DNA from: Nageia nagi
Lineage: Eukaryota > Plantae > Pinophyta
Assembly (NCBI GenBank): GCA_050084985.1
Contig: JBITNC010000001.1
Coordinates: 89,218,001 to 89,282,000, forward strand
Direction of reading: 5' to 3'
Length of the DNA stretch: 64,000 nt
Shown: piece after piece, positions 51,101 to 61,500 of the stretch
Layout of the letters: every line of letters begins with the position of its first letter
How positions within the stretch are numbered: the stretch's first letter is position 1
Position numbers and translations under genes: made by a program
The notes under the pieces: generated by a model
Databases searched by the model: none
Seen by the model: only the letters and a program-made list of their open reading frames with translations
Told to the model about the DNA's origin: nothing

Positions 51101-54100
51101 TGCCAAGAGCCATTCTTATTTTTGACTAACAACACTAGGGTAGAGAAGAGACTAACACTGGGTTGTATTAAAAATTCCTTAACATTTTTTCAAATTCATT
51201 TTTTTGTTGGTAGGGATACCTAGAAGGGAGAATGTTTGGTGGGGAGCTACTAGGAATTAGTGAGATCATGTAATCTTGCTCTCGGGGAGGAGATAGTCAT
51301 GTGGGTCCTTCAAAGATTGGGCTAAATTTGTCTAACACATGCTTCATCTCTACAGAAGTATTAACTATTGTTGCAGTGGATAATTCGATGTGGCAAAATC
51401 ATGCTACAACTTCATGGTGGCTATGCTTGAGAAGCTTCTCCATCCTATGTGAGGTGATGATCTATGTGGGTCCTATTGCTAAACCTCTCAATGTAGGCAT
51501 TTTTCCTTTTATAGTGAATTCTATCCAAAGAGCTGAGAAATCCCATAAGAGGTGTCCTATGATTTGTAACCATTAGTACCCTAGTACCCAATCACATCCT
51601 TCCAATTTGTAGTTTAAAATCACCAATGGTCAAGCGAACATTTTTGCAGCATCCATTACAAGGCAACTTGTCTTTGTTAGCGACCATTACTTGAAAATTT
51701 TCGCAATTATGAATAAAGCAATCAACTTGCTTAGCCATTCTAACATCAATAAAGTAGTGAGTACTATCTGAATCTATCAATACCAAAATCTTATTCCCTT
51801 TCACATATCCTATCACTTTCATAGTGCGAGGAGTAATGAATCTTGACAAAGCATTATCACCCTCAACAAAAGTTCCTCGCTCATTTGTTCGAGGATCCCC
51901 ATTGATTTCTCCTTGATAGTCTTGACCCATGTCAAGATTAGAGTTGAACTGACTTCTCTTGGGCTGTGACATCATTGATTCATATTAATCAAGCTTTTCA
52001 TCAAGGGTAGAGTTTTGTGATATTTGGGATGTTAGTTGTTTTTCTAACTTTTGCAATCTTTTTTTCTTGGCCATATCTCTAGTCTTAGGAGCCATGAGTG
52101 ATTTTGGGGATATTTCACTCGATATTGATTTTGTTGAAATTGGGATTTTGGGACTTTTTTTGAAATATATGGAATGAGAGAAATTATTTTTAAATTGGGG
52201 AATGAGGGGATTAAGTGAAATGTGCAATATTTTTTTTTTTGGGTGTAATTTTGGTTTATTTGTAATTTTTTTCTTCCTTAATTGGCCAAAAATTGTAAGT
52301 AAAATAAACCATAGTTGTCAGATTCGAACTCACTGAGGTTCCCTTGGGGTTTGAACTTGGGACTCAAAAAAAAACATGTTCAGACTTGGCAAAAAGAGAA
52401 AAAATCAAATATAAGTTTTTTCAATTGCACGTTAGTAGTGTCTTCTAGAAGCTTTCTTACTCGACATCAACATTATACAATCTACAATTTACACAGTTAT
52501 AAATAAAAAATCACATACAAAAATAGATTTAAATTTAAAATTTTAAGTCACTTTTTCAAGTTTTTGTTTTTTACTGAATCCAATGAGTCTGAGCGTCAAG
52601 ACTTGCCAGACTCGTTCAGAACAAAAAAGTTGGAATTTTACTCTTTTTTTGTTTAATTGTTTGTAACTATTTAACTCTGGATTGGATATATTAGTGTTTG
52701 TGCTCATGGGCTCTTTGATATACAAAATGGTACGTTGAAAGTAACATCCTAAGGCTAACCGTTTACCTATGCATCATCTACTTAGACAGTCGACAACTTC
52801 CTAATGGCTAGTTTTAGTTTTTTCCTAGGTTGTTTCCTGAAATACCTTTCGGTATGTGGCAGTTCATTTCTCTGTATGGGTTCCATTTGAGGCCCAGTAT
52901 TGGTATGGTGTTTTTTGCACCTCACTTCACATGCAACTTTATAGTTTAACATGCTTAGCCAAAAATAAGAAAATAAATCGATAGTAGAAAAATTTAAAAT
53001 AAAATTTAACATCATGTGAATTTTAGAAGAAAATGCAAAAAAATGTGATTTCAGGCCATAGAAAGAGCTTTGATACCACTTGTTATGTTTCTACTATAAG
53101 AGTTTCAACATCCACATTGTTTGAACATGTGAATGGAATTTTTCCTCTAGACCTGCTAAGATTATGTTGTATTATGCAGTAAAGATCAACTTAGCACACA
53201 AGAAACATATTAGCAAGATTAACAGGATGGTAACATAATAAATAATCGACAGTAGGTAAACAAATGAAGATATTGAAGTAACATGAGAGAAATATGCTTG
53301 TTATTGTATTACTATCACTTCCTTTCCGAGGAGGCAACCTCCTTACAGAAGCATAATACAAATCTCCAAGCTAGTTTCTCCAGTTTCTTACTTGTTCTTT
53401 TTATAGGTTTTACAGATTTTAGCACACAAGAAACATATTAGCAAGACGAACAAGAAACATATACTTTGTTACTGTAATATCACTGCCTCTTGGAGGGGGC
53501 AACCTCTTTTGTAGAAGGACAATACAATTCTCCAAGCTAGTTTCTTGGGTTGCATACATAGCCTTTTATAGAATTTACATATTCCTTCCCATACACCATA
53601 TTCTTTCACACATACACCACTCCATAATATTCTTTACAGCTATTACTGACAGCTACACACTTAGACAATATTCCAACACGCTTGTAATTTATTCTCGTAC
53701 GCCTAGTCATTACTAAGACATTACATGTGTCACACGATTGATTGTAACAGAACCATCGTGTAACAGAACCATACAAGTTTAAGCAGTAAACAATCTTGTT
53801 ATTTTTTCATTGGTGACTGCTTTCATTGTTTTGAATATTCAATGAAGAGTACATATAGTGGTTTGCCTGTTCTCTTGTTACATTGTGGAAGTGAGTTTTT
53901 GTATGTTTTGGTGATGCACATGTGTAATCTGGTAATAACGCAGTTGGCAGATGTAAATCACTCAGTTGCCATTTAAGTGTCTTTTAAACACAATAGATTG
54001 TCCTTTTCTTGTAATAACTGAATCTAGAACCTGAAACTTAGCATAAGTTGAATTCAGTATTCTTGAGCTACATATATTAAAGTTGATTTGGTAACAGTTT

Positions 54101-55590
54101 ATTTTGCATACATGCATGCAGAGCAAGAAGAACACCCCCGCTGCACAGAAGAAATGCATTGTTCGGTTGCTACTATATCATTTTTGTGTAAATCTACCAC
54201 TTATGGTGATTTCATATCCTGCATTCAGATTTATGGGCATGACAAGCAAGTTACCACTTCCATCCTGGTAATTTTTCAACTTTTTCCAACATATTCGACT
54301 TGTTGCATTGTAGAAATATTGACTTGCACACATATGGGATGGATTACTATTATCTGATTGATATCATACAATCACATTTTTGTGAAAACAGAATTGTCTT
54401 TATGATACGATATATGGCTTAATATTTGGCCGTTTATGTAATTAATAAGAGGTTACAAGTATTGTATTGGAGTTACTAAGTTTATGGCAATTACTGTCCC
54501 AGATTCATTGTGGCCATATTTTGTTTTGCAGGAAAGTTGTTGTATCCCAAATTGTGTGTTATTTTATTCTCGAGGATTTTGTTTTCTATTGGGGCCACAG
54601 GATTTTGCATACAAAATGGTTGTACAAGCATGTTCATAGCGTTCACCATGAGTAAGATCTTTCTCCTGTGCAGGCTACAAGAATGTTTTATTTCAGATAT
54701 AAAATGAATGTAGATAATCTTGATGAACTTGTGAATTATATCCAACTAGGCATTTCTGTGCAGATATGCCACACCATTTGGATTGACATCTGAATATGCA
54801 CATCCTGCTGAAATCTTGTTCCTTGGCTTTGCTACAATTCTTGGTCCTGCAATTACTGGGCCTCATTTGTTCACATTATGGCTGTGGATGGGTTTAAGAG
54901 TGTTGGAAACAGTAGAGGCACACTGTGGCTATGATTTTCCTTGGAGCATTTCTAAAATGTTTCCAATTTATGGAGGGTTAGTATTGGCAGTTACATACAT
55001 ATCTTTACATGTTTTGACTTCTTGGGGATTCCATTGTTAATCTTTACTTTGGTATGCTTGAGTTTCCCACAGAGCTGATTTCCATGATTATCATCACCGA
55101 CTTCTCTACACCAAGTCTGGGAATTACTCTTCAACTTTCACCTATATGGATTGGTAATCACTCTGCATCTCCTGTTTATTTGCCTCACATGGAAAATACA
55201 ATGCCTTTTTTTCATCTGGTATCTTGAATGATCCTCATCATGTTGGATATAAAACAACCCTCTAAATCCTGTCCACTTGAGCAAAATATCAAATGAAAAA
55301 CTTTCTTCTTGTTTCAAGTGGACAGATTTGCCAATTGAAACCTGATATATTATCAGCATGGAAGACTTTTAAGATTTTACCAGCTAACAGATATTTTGAA
55401 TTGATTTCTTTTACTGTCTTTGATTGAAGCACTTTTTCTGGGTCATTATCATGCTTTCCTATTATGATCTGTATCTGCAATGCTAATTTCAAATTCTTTG
55501 TATGCATATTAATAATAATTGCATCGTGTTTCCAGGTTATTTGGGACTGACATAGGCTACCGTAAACTGAAATCTCTGAAGATGACATGA
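10551..55590 (+). CDS. SMO2: Sterol 4-alpha-methyl oxidase 2 (methylsterol monooxygenase), join(10551..10580,11600..11737,54122..54267,54532..54651,54764..54976,55073..55153,55536..55590), 260 aa
   Basis: Seven exons with GT-AG borders splice in frame (783 nt): [40 protein letters not shown]...[16 protein letters not shown]...PLPSW/KVVV...YWGHRILH...[22 protein letters not shown]...[11 protein letters not shown].../[39 protein letters not shown]. The three His boxes of the sterol desaturase/fatty acid hydroxylase family are present, with a short SMO2-type N-terminus. Confidence 0.95.
11600..11737 (+). CDS. SMO2: SMO2 coding exon 2
   Basis: ttttgcag|TATCTG...ATCCAG|gttttt = [46 protein letters not shown]. 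Confidence 0.93.
12650..13726 (-). mobile_element. Old Ty1/copia remnant (RNase H C-terminus, PPT, start of 3' LTR); target of the composite insertion
   Basis: ORF 12970..13266 [42 protein letters not shown] is a copia RNaseH tail; minus-strand PPT AAGGGAGGG followed by TGTTG at 12975. Left boundary approximate. Confidence 0.75.
13727..14018 (-). repeat. LTR-A copy 1 (outer 3' LTR)
   Basis: 292 bp, 5'-TATTAG...TCTTCA-3' on the minus strand, preceded by PPT. Confidence 0.92.
14210..15465 (-). pseudogene. Copia RT-RNaseH fragment (inverted arm of the fold-back)
   Basis: Open frame [25 protein letters not shown]...YVDD...ADIFTKS; reverse complement of ~18043..19297 with a few substitutions; 5' truncated at the 15465 junction. 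Confidence 0.9.
15485..19297 (+). CDS. Ty1/copia gag-pol polyprotein, uninterrupted but N-terminally truncated at the fold-back junction
   Basis: 1270-aa ORF: zinc knuckle [14 protein letters not shown], protease [10 protein letters not shown], integrase (WHERFGH...[27 protein letters not shown]), RT ([15 protein letters not shown]), RNaseH ([14 protein letters not shown]), in copia order. Confidence 0.95.
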   Translation: MHKGKLYEAMGQISSSISESLWFHLDGCKTPFECMDKLANLFGKVDHIRSMQLEAELTALSPDDFSTIVDYLTKFKELLTQLKGSGKKKEDKDCVYLILSKLRGPFQIFASTFLSTMDALGTNFTLPSLEEFCERLTREEIKLSTLESSTSSSKALVASTPKGKGKSKAQSKPTATSPKPTPSTKKEKSNTTCTYCKKEGHPATRCWKKLQDLEETIKKNKVVAPKEHGKALNVQGRSSKSFSQKWVLDSGASHHMTSSQESFTLLSSSSTSSIEVGDSTFIPVQGQGDIVVDDGCIYNVLYVPNISANLLSIYQICTSGTGKIVLFTPHGAEIRSLKDPQSLICQGVIDHDARLYFFEGFDTSSGSCLVAHADFESKIWHERFGHLNYRYLKELSTHNMVLGLPKVSTSDGVCPGCALGKQHQDPFPKGKSHRASSPLELIHSDLMIFPTPSFKGAKYALPFIDDFSRRTWVYFLKYKSDVLSHFKVFKALVENQASTCIKKLRTDNGGEYFSTEFSDFLTAHGIIHQHSVPYTPQQNGVAERKNRTLKEMANCMMHSRELPPIFWAEAVNCANYIQNRTPHRALDHITPEEAWSGIKPDVSSFRVFGSYAWAHIPKKKRKALDKKSTPLIFVGYCEDMKAYRLIDPATHDVFFHTHVQFDERLHCSDTPSSSPPSPSLDISPMVDMIEDDSSTAPPSPVTAPATTVEASTSLVDSTSAPLPKWARTTVEEALPFIQDLPSSRRPPSIGTGLVCQSILGDPQTFSQAHGIQEWDDAMNVEYSSLMKNQTWDLVLLPEGRKMVRCKWVYRTKYAADGSIDKYKARLVAKGFSQVEGVDYTETFAPVAKMNSVRLVLALAASQGWSIFQMDVKSAFLHGDLHEEIYMEQPLGFVEDASLVCRLRKSLYGLKQAPRAWYAKMDSFLLSTGFVRCYSDNTVYIWRDGKDITILVLYVDDLLLTGSSSSHIQTVQRSLSAQFEMTDLGLAHYFLGFQINQTATEISLCQHKYTLDLLQRFRMTDCKTSPTPFQSGVTLTSSCTSPLCDATLYRQLVGSLLYLTHTRLDISYAVGLLSRFSQAPHDSHWQAAKRILRYLRGTPHFGLSYGRGSTELVGYTDSDWAGSVDDKRSTSGYVFCLGSSPISWSCKKQQAIALSSTEAEYRAAVTASQEALWLRQLLAEFGFSQDHPTVLFCDNQSAIHISRNPVEHQRTKHIEVHMHFIRQHIQDGVLSLEYLSTQQQIADIFTKSFASPRFLELQTLLGVTEVVLGGC
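19481..19746 (+). repeat. LTR-A copy 2 (internal, two small deletions), followed directly by PBS
   Basis: After PPT AAGGGGGGG (19472..19480); ends TCTTCA; TGGTATCAGAG begins at 19747. Confidence 0.92.
19747..22153 (+). mobile_element. Non-autonomous partner element copy N1 (PBS, GC-rich leader, non-coding body, PPT, start of LTR-B)
   Basis: tRNA-Met-type PBS at 19747; no gag/pol ORF; PPT AAAGGGGGG ends 22071; TGTTAGAG LTR-B start at 22072, truncated at 22153. Confidence 0.85.
22150..24074 (-). mobile_element. Non-autonomous partner copy N2 (inverted, both ends truncated)
   Basis: Reverse complement of N1 internal sequence, but with a ~110-bp extra segment and lacking the ~240-bp leader segment of N1/N3; 4-bp microhomology GCAC at the left junction. 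Confidence 0.85.
24075..26532 (+). mobile_element. Non-autonomous partner copy N3
   Basis: Short non-LTR-A end ttcctttCA, PBS TGGTATCAGAGC 24084..24095, internal region collinear with N1, PPT, LTR-B from 26363. Confidence 0.85.
26531..28369 (-). mobile_element. Non-autonomous partner copy N4 (inverted; leader switches to a divergent variant beyond ~28092)
   Basis: LTR-B start 26531..26606 (minus), PPT 26607..26615, body matching N2 up to ~28092, then a diverged homologous leader. Confidence 0.82.
29144..29436 (-). repeat. LTR-A copy 3
   Basis: Duplicate of 13727..14018. Confidence 0.9.
29628..30883 (-). pseudogene. Copia RT-RNaseH fragment (duplicate inverted arm)
   Basis: ORF 29628..30938 nearly identical to 14210..15520. 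Confidence 0.9.
30903..34700 (+). pseudogene. Frameshifted duplicate of the copia gag-pol
   Basis: Same protein split across 30903..31112, 31060..33375, 33318..34679 and 34418..34756 by small indels (~31100, ~33335, ~34292, ~34675). Confidence 0.9.
34892..35178 (+). repeat. LTR-A copy 4
   Basis: After PPT; TATTAG...TCTTCA; not followed by a PBS. Confidence 0.9.
35371..35382 (-). promoter_or_regulatory. Primer binding site (tRNA-Met type) of the outer element
   Basis: TGGTACCAGAGC on the minus strand, abutting LTR-A copy 5. Confidence 0.85.
35383..35667 (-). repeat. LTR-A copy 5 (outer 5' LTR)
   Basis: 285 bp, adjacent to TSD CACCA at 35668. Confidence 0.92.
37752..38230. repeat. Diverged tandem duplication, ~245-bp unit
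   Basis: ttcttccat...gccatttcagttttt...aaacttgcaaaataactgcatgtgc...gagtacaaaggaa occurs twice. Confidence 0.75.
40817..41189. repeat. Near-perfect tandem duplication, ~185-bp unit
   Basis: ttctgaatacttggaactataaag...ctatttctatcca at 40817 and 41002. Confidence 0.9.
41500..42185 (-). mobile_element. Ty3/gypsy RT-connection/RNaseH remnant
   Basis: [23 protein letters not shown]...[31 protein letters not shown]...[10 protein letters not shown]. Confidence 0.8.
42330..42930 (-). pseudogene. Degenerate PLS-class pentatricopeptide repeat (PPR) fragments
   Basis: [41 protein letters not shown] plus further tandem decayed motifs (cccaaacttagcatacat and ctgggcata repeated about every 130 bp). Confidence 0.75.
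43380..43809. repeat. Perfect 215-bp tandem duplication within the LTR
   Basis: gagtagaaacgtg...cccacctattc at 43380..43594 and 43595..43809. Confidence 0.92.
43850..47804 (-). mobile_element. Full-length hAT DNA transposon (3955 bp)
   Basis: 17-bp imperfect TIRs CATAGTAGTAAATCTCG / CATAGTAGCAAAACTCG; perfect 8-bp TSD ATATATAC (43842..43849, 47805..47812); subterminal ACTCG repeats; transposase inside. Confidence 0.96.
44254..47005 (-). CDS. hAT transposase (BED zinc finger, DUF659-type core, dimerization domain); exons ~47005..45782, 45673..45534, 45440..45035, 44926..44711, 44597..44254
   Basis: AWKY...CLFC...RLKYHL (BED), [51 protein letters not shown]...[10 protein letters not shown]; GT-AG introns. 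A possible 1-nt frame problem exists at the exon1/exon2 junction. Confidence 0.88.
50660..53678 (-). mobile_element. Degenerate Ty3/gypsy 5' half (LTR, PBS, protease, RT)
   Basis: PBS TGGTATCAAAGC 53067..53078 next to a candidate LTR 53081..~53678; protease [15 protein letters not shown] (51592..51975); [20 protein letters not shown]...FDDILIYS (50721..50954). Confidence 0.78.
52310..52670. mobile_element. Decayed short non-autonomous derivative of the hAT family at 43850
   Basis: Begins CATAGT; shares ataagttttttcaattgca...agtgtcttctagaagc...acatcaacattatacaat with 43995..44090 and caagact..ccagac with the other hAT end; many CpG-to-TpG changes. Confidence 0.7.
54122..54267 (+). CDS. SMO2: SMO2 coding exon 3
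   Basis: atgcag|AGCAAG...TCCTG|gtaatt = [49 protein letters not shown]. Confidence 0.93.
54532..54651 (+). CDS. SMO2: SMO2 coding exon 4
   Basis: ttgcag|GAAAGTT...CATGA|gtaag; contains HRILH and HSVHH boxes. Confidence 0.95.
54764..54976 (+). CDS. SMO2: SMO2 coding exon 5
   Basis: gtgcag|ATATGCC...GGAGG|gttag; [16 protein letters not shown]...[10 protein letters not shown]. Confidence 0.95.
55073..55153 (+). CDS. SMO2: SMO2 coding exon 6
   Basis: ccacag|AGCTGAT...GATTG|gtaatc; HDYHH box. Confidence 0.95.
55536..55590 (+). CDS. SMO2: SMO2 coding exon 7
   Basis: ttccag|GTTATTTGGGACTGAC...ACATGA; [17 protein letters not shown]. Confidence 0.92.
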
Positions 55591-58500
55591 ACATGAGAGA
55601 ATCTTGTGAAGTAATTTTATATGAGAATCCAAATTCAGTTGAAGTCCATCCATGAGGCTTGTGCGGATTTGTGGTTAAGACCAGCTCCTGTTAGGAAGCT
55701 TCTGATGTGTGTCCCTTTTTTTTTGTTTAAGTTCTGAATGATCTTGGAAAAAATCGGATCTGTTTATGTACACTTCTTTACGAGTCCAAAGAGTAAAACA
55801 CACGATTCAAATGTTTATTTGGATTTGGATGAGTTGATTGTATCTTACATTCAGAGATCAGAAAATAATATTTTGATGCCTTCAATTTCTAGTCTTGTAG
55901 CCTGTTGATTATCTTTAAAACAATTGTAAGTTGAATTTATGGACATTAATATGTGACCATGTAATAAACGTAAAGCAGATTTTTTTGTAAGGATTGTTTT
56001 GTTTTTCTGTTGACTCGTTCTGCCTTTACACAACATATTATACATATCTAAAAATAGAGAGCATATTTTTTTGTTAACATTTCTGCAGCAATTGAGCCTG
56101 GAATAACCTCATGTGATGAGAGACTATGAAAATTGACAAAGGGGAAAAGTCTTTATTGTTTTGATGGATATGCAATGCTGCTGTGAAGTTGGAAGTTTTT
56201 ATTCCTTAGAAAATTGGGTTTCCTGCAATTTTAAAGTGAATGTTTATTCTGCTGATCTGTATAGATGCGTGCAACCAATAGCCTACTAACTAATGGGAAT
56301 GAGATATTCTTCTACTCTGTTTGGGGTAACCTATATATTTTCAGAAACTTTATTTTGGAGAATAGTTTTTTTTTAGCATAGCAAGAATGTTTCCGCTGAA
56401 ATGACTTTGTGAGGAGCACGAAGTATCCTGTAGCAACATCATAGACAAATAAATTTTCATTAGGAAAGCGGACACTGGTAAAAAAAAATTCAAAGCACCC
56501 TGTCAGGCTAGAAAACATAAAAGACATCTGTTGATTTTTGGGATTAGTAAATTTGAAATTAACTCTTATTCTGCAAAGATCCACGACATAAAAACTATGT
56601 TCCAAACAGGTCTCCTAAATAACTGAAAGGTTCATGGGCATTGTAGCTTATAGTTCATTGCTTTATATTTTCAAATATCTTATGAACTTTCTAGAGGTCC
56701 TTGTGTCTTACTAGATACGACGATGTGATCAAAGAAGACCACTACATATAAAACTATGTTCCCAACAAAGTCTCCTAAATGACAGAAATGCTCACAGGCA
56801 CCAGAGCCTGGAGTTCATTGCTTTATGTATTCAACCTCTTATCGACATTTAACAAGTCCTCTTGTGTTACAGGATGCAATCAAAGAAGATAAAATATATA
56901 TGTTTTTGAGTAGAGGGTCGAATAACTTCATGAACTTTGTTGCATGACTAGTGCTTGTAATGTTCCTTGTGAGTTATTGCAGTTCTTTTGATAAATCTGA
57001 TGATACCTTCATTAATGAAGATATAGCTTTGTAAGTTTGTTGCAAAAGTAACAAACTTCTTACATTGAGTCAAAAAAGTAATTTATTGGATGGATTTTTT
57101 TAATTATTTTTGCCAAAAACAATCATTTCCTTTAAGACAATAACTATTGAACAAACTTCTCAATTTCGCACTGGGCATAATCATATGTATAATCTTAAAT
57201 ATAAGAGGATCAACTTTCTAGTACAAACCTTACATGAGCCTGCATACATTTAGTTGGTAGTTGTTGAGGATCACTCTTTGAGGCCACTGCAATTATAATT
57301 GTAATATGGATTGGAGGTCAATTGGAAGAGTCTGAAGCCCTTGCTGAACTTCGAAAATGTCAATATCATTATTGCTTGATTGCGTTATGGGAAGGAATTT
57401 AGTGGAGTCAACTAAGCTATACTTCTGTGACATCCATTGCTAAACTTCAACAAAAATGCTTGGAATCAATTTACAATTAGCAGGTTAAGCTATTGTTGCT
57501 CAAGTATGTGGGATGTTTTATTATTAATCTTGATCCCTCAAAAAAATTACAACGGACTGTATTTTTATTATACTGCTCCTGCAATGAGTTGATGGTAATA
57601 ATGGATATGTAGTGAGGTGGTGATAGTAAAAATATTTAGTGCTTGCTTGAGCACTTCTAGTGGAATCTCTTAAGAATCACAATAGAGAGCCTAGTCTAGA
57701 CAATCTCCAATAACATATTTCACATATTCTCCACACTTCTATCTTGCGCATTCCAACACAATTCTTTTTGTTGGGGTTTAGTCGATTCACTAAACAGTCC
57801 TATTAGAATTGTTATTGAACAAATCAACTAAAAATCGCATATACTTGTTGGGAATTTAATAAATTGAGTTACAGTCATTACAATTATTATTTTACAAAGT
57901 AACTAGATTTGTATTACAAATTATTTAAGAAATTTGGAATTTAATGTATTAGAATGAAAAGATAAAAGAAAAATAGCAATAGGAGTCTTCCTAATGCCAT
58001 GTTTAAGTTAATATGAGATAAGAGTCTCCTCTAACATTTACAGCTGAAAATAAATTCAAAATGTTGCAATCAAAGAAAGTAACCTTAGTGAGTTTAATGA
58101 TATTACATGGCAACATGTATCCCTTCTAGAATCATCAAAGATCTTGGTGCACTTCTAGGAATATTAGTTTATTCTAAAATAATCTGAAATGCTTTAATGA
58201 ATTTGATAGAATAATTAACCAAGTTTTATTTTATGTTAGAATTAACCTTGAATTCCACAACTAGATGAATAGCTTGAAGTCATTAACAATGACTAGTATT
58301 GGGAAAATGCATAGCAATGATTTGTAATGGGAAAATGTCAAGCATGTATTAGCTTTTATCTTGTTACGATAATTTATATCAATTCTTTTTTCATTGGTTG
58401 GTTATATGTTCATCTAGTTTATCTATGATAGAGCATAAGAAGTTCGTCCAAAAAATATTACTTGTCATACTAATTAAACTTAAATGAATGGTGTTAAAAT

Positions 58501-61500
58501 AGTGTTAAAAATGTTGCATCCATACAACCTGAAGGATCTTTATGGAGTAGACAACAAATTTTATCAAATCTTTTTTGAAGATGTCTTATAAAGTTGGCTC
58601 AAATGTTATCAATTTAAGTAAGAAGTTTATTCAAAAATACTACTTGTCATACAAATTAGACTTCAATTATTAGTGTTAAAAATGTTGCTTTCCATATAAA
58701 TTGAAGGAGATTTATGGAGTAGACAACCTTAGATTTTTTTATTAGTAATAAGAATAGGGGTTTGAAAGGTCATGATACCTTTTACAACAATTTTGCTAAA
58801 TATTTAAAATGGCCCAAAATGACCCATCGAAAGGAAAAAAATACAACTAGAATAAAATCCTAATACAAATAATACCTCTGATAGGGGCATTATTTGAATC
58901 CAAAGAGGGCCCCTCCTAAATCTACCACATCTTAGAGATCATCTCCCTACATCCAAAGATCTACCACATCTCAAAGAAGGGATCAAAGTCAAAAGCATAC
59001 CAAAACTAGGGTTGGAGACACTTTGAGAATAAACAGACGTAAAAACAAAAAAAATCAAAAATGTTCTTGAAGATCATCTTGGAGATGGTCTTTTGAAATC
59101 ATCTCTGAGATGGTATTTGAGGAGATCCCTACCTCCTTTCAGTCATCCAATAGTTTGAATTTGAAAACCTCCCAAGGTTTCCAAAGGGAAAACAAAGGAT
59201 TTGAAAATCCAAAACCCCAAATCCACTTCAATCTCCCTCTTGATCACAATGTAAATCACATCCTCCAACCTCTAAGTCGTGCAAATAATGTATCTCATTG
59301 CATCAACACCCATCACATTGAAAAGGATACTATATTAGTTATCTAGCATCTTACAGGCATGTTGCTCCAACACCTTACATTGATTTAAAGATAAATTATT
59401 TATTGCACTTTGATGCTAAGCTCTAAAGATCATCATCCATAGCATCCAAAAGTATTGTAGAATAGTGAAACATGTTTCCTCCTCCTAGGGTTGACTTCAT
59501 TAGTCATATGTAGGTCCATCATAAGAGATGAAGCCCCACAAAACCCCAATAGGAACCCCACCACCATGATCACCCTACCCTTGTGCCCCAACACTCACAT
59601 TGCATTTACCTCCATTCATAGAAAAATGAAGAGATTGACCCCATAATGTCTTAATTAGGGTTTCTAGGGGCCACCAAAAAAGTGATCACCAACCCCAAAT
59701 CCTCACGGTGTTTTGAGTATATATGTATGCTTCAATTTTCAATACAACTTGTTAGAGGCACACCATTACACCAATATCATATCGAATCATCGTCGTAGTT
59801 ACCTCCAGAGACTACAACACTTTGACCTCTCAACTGCATCATCCCCACATCAACACCTCTATGCTCTTTGTCACCACAGATCACCCAAGTCGTCCATGTG
59901 CGTGATGGCCATGGGTGTTAAGGTCTGTATGATGCCACCACATGTCGCAAGTGATGCCCTTACTGACAACCTTAGATTTATAAGGGAGATACACCTTATG
60001 AATTTCTTATCAAATCTCTTCAAGTATAATATATATTATAAAGATGGCTCAAGTGTTATCAATGTAAAATTACCTTACTTATTTTTATCTTCATAATATT
60101 TTTAATATTAATAAAAATTCTAAACATTGGATAAATAAATAAATAAAAGGTAAGGGCTCAATACGTTCAAGATAAATTGTAATGTATTAAAAGAGTGGTT
60201 AATCACCTATATGAATTTTTCGCATGATGAATTGTAAACTAATTTCTTTGAGAATAATCTTTAACATTTTTGGTGGTAATGGTTCATAATTTTTATCCAC
60301 ATGATGAAGAAGTTGATACAAGAAAAATGTAATTATTATGATAAAAATTCTTAACTTAAGGTATATTTAATATAAGATTTTGTAATTAAGATATTAAAAA
60401 AAATCTAAAAGTAAAAGGTATGTCAAAGAAAATCTAAATGAGAATAGTTTACTTTACAAAGCTTATATAATAAGTTAGATTGACTTCGTGATGTTTTTTT
60501 CCCCATTTGTTAATTATTTTATATATAATCTAAGACCTTCGTTTTACACATTATATCATAACATTACAACTTATGAATTATCTAATTCTTGATACTGAGT
60601 TAATATAGCATTAGAAAAAAGTACATAATAGATTTTCTTAATTCATAATAAATACTATGTAGTGATATCATATACATTAAATTAAGAATGCATGTTAATA
60701 TTGATATAGATTGTAAATAATGATATGGCATATGTATGATGAAAAATAATCCTTGGAGAGGTCTAGGACTAATTAGGGTTAATGCTCATTTCTATTAAAT
60801 AGCAATGGATTTGTAAACAACTTAAATATGAGATGGTGAAAACAAGTTGTATGAAAATGTACAACCCTTGTTACCTTAATTTGTTAATATTGTTAGATCA
60901 CTTTTGCATATTGTTCAATTGATTTGCATGTCAGATTATACTTATCATATTGATAAGGGCTAAGTCTTAATGTGGCCTTCAAAATGATTGTTTAATCATT
61001 TCAAAAATTCAATGGAAAACATAAAGGAAAATAAGTGTTTTAGGATAGCAAGGAAAAGATCAAGCTCTTTCATGCACTTGTTTCTCTAACTCTACTTTAT
61101 GGATATGAGGTTTGGAGCCTAGTTTAAGTACTTGGATGGGTCTATATTGAGAGGATTTTTGTCAATATGATTTTAATATCCATTTGGGCCAAAAGATCTA
61201 TCCCTTATCTCATCATTATGGTTGAATTTGATGCATATACTTTGTTAACATTTACAATATTCCATATTGTCAAGTTATTGAATATAATTTATTATATGAT
61301 AATAATGGATCTTGGCTCTAAGAGATACCCTTAGTTAGCTTTCAAAAACTCAATATCACTCACAAATAATGGCAATCATTGGTGATGGTACTCAAATAGC
61401 ACTACTCCATTGAGATCCATATGCTTTGACATAGATAGACTTCCTCACTCCCATCTCTCAAACAAGGCCTTTAATCTCTCTACTAAAGAGATTAATAAAA

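Noticed and set aside
54088-55040. ORF-track calls 54088..54357, 54467..54655 and 54783..55040 as separate genes
   Set aside because: They are out-of-frame or intron-extended readings of SMO2 exons 3-5.
58740-60000. Possible degenerate LINE
   Set aside because: Composition is suggestive but no convincing RT or endonuclease motif was found.
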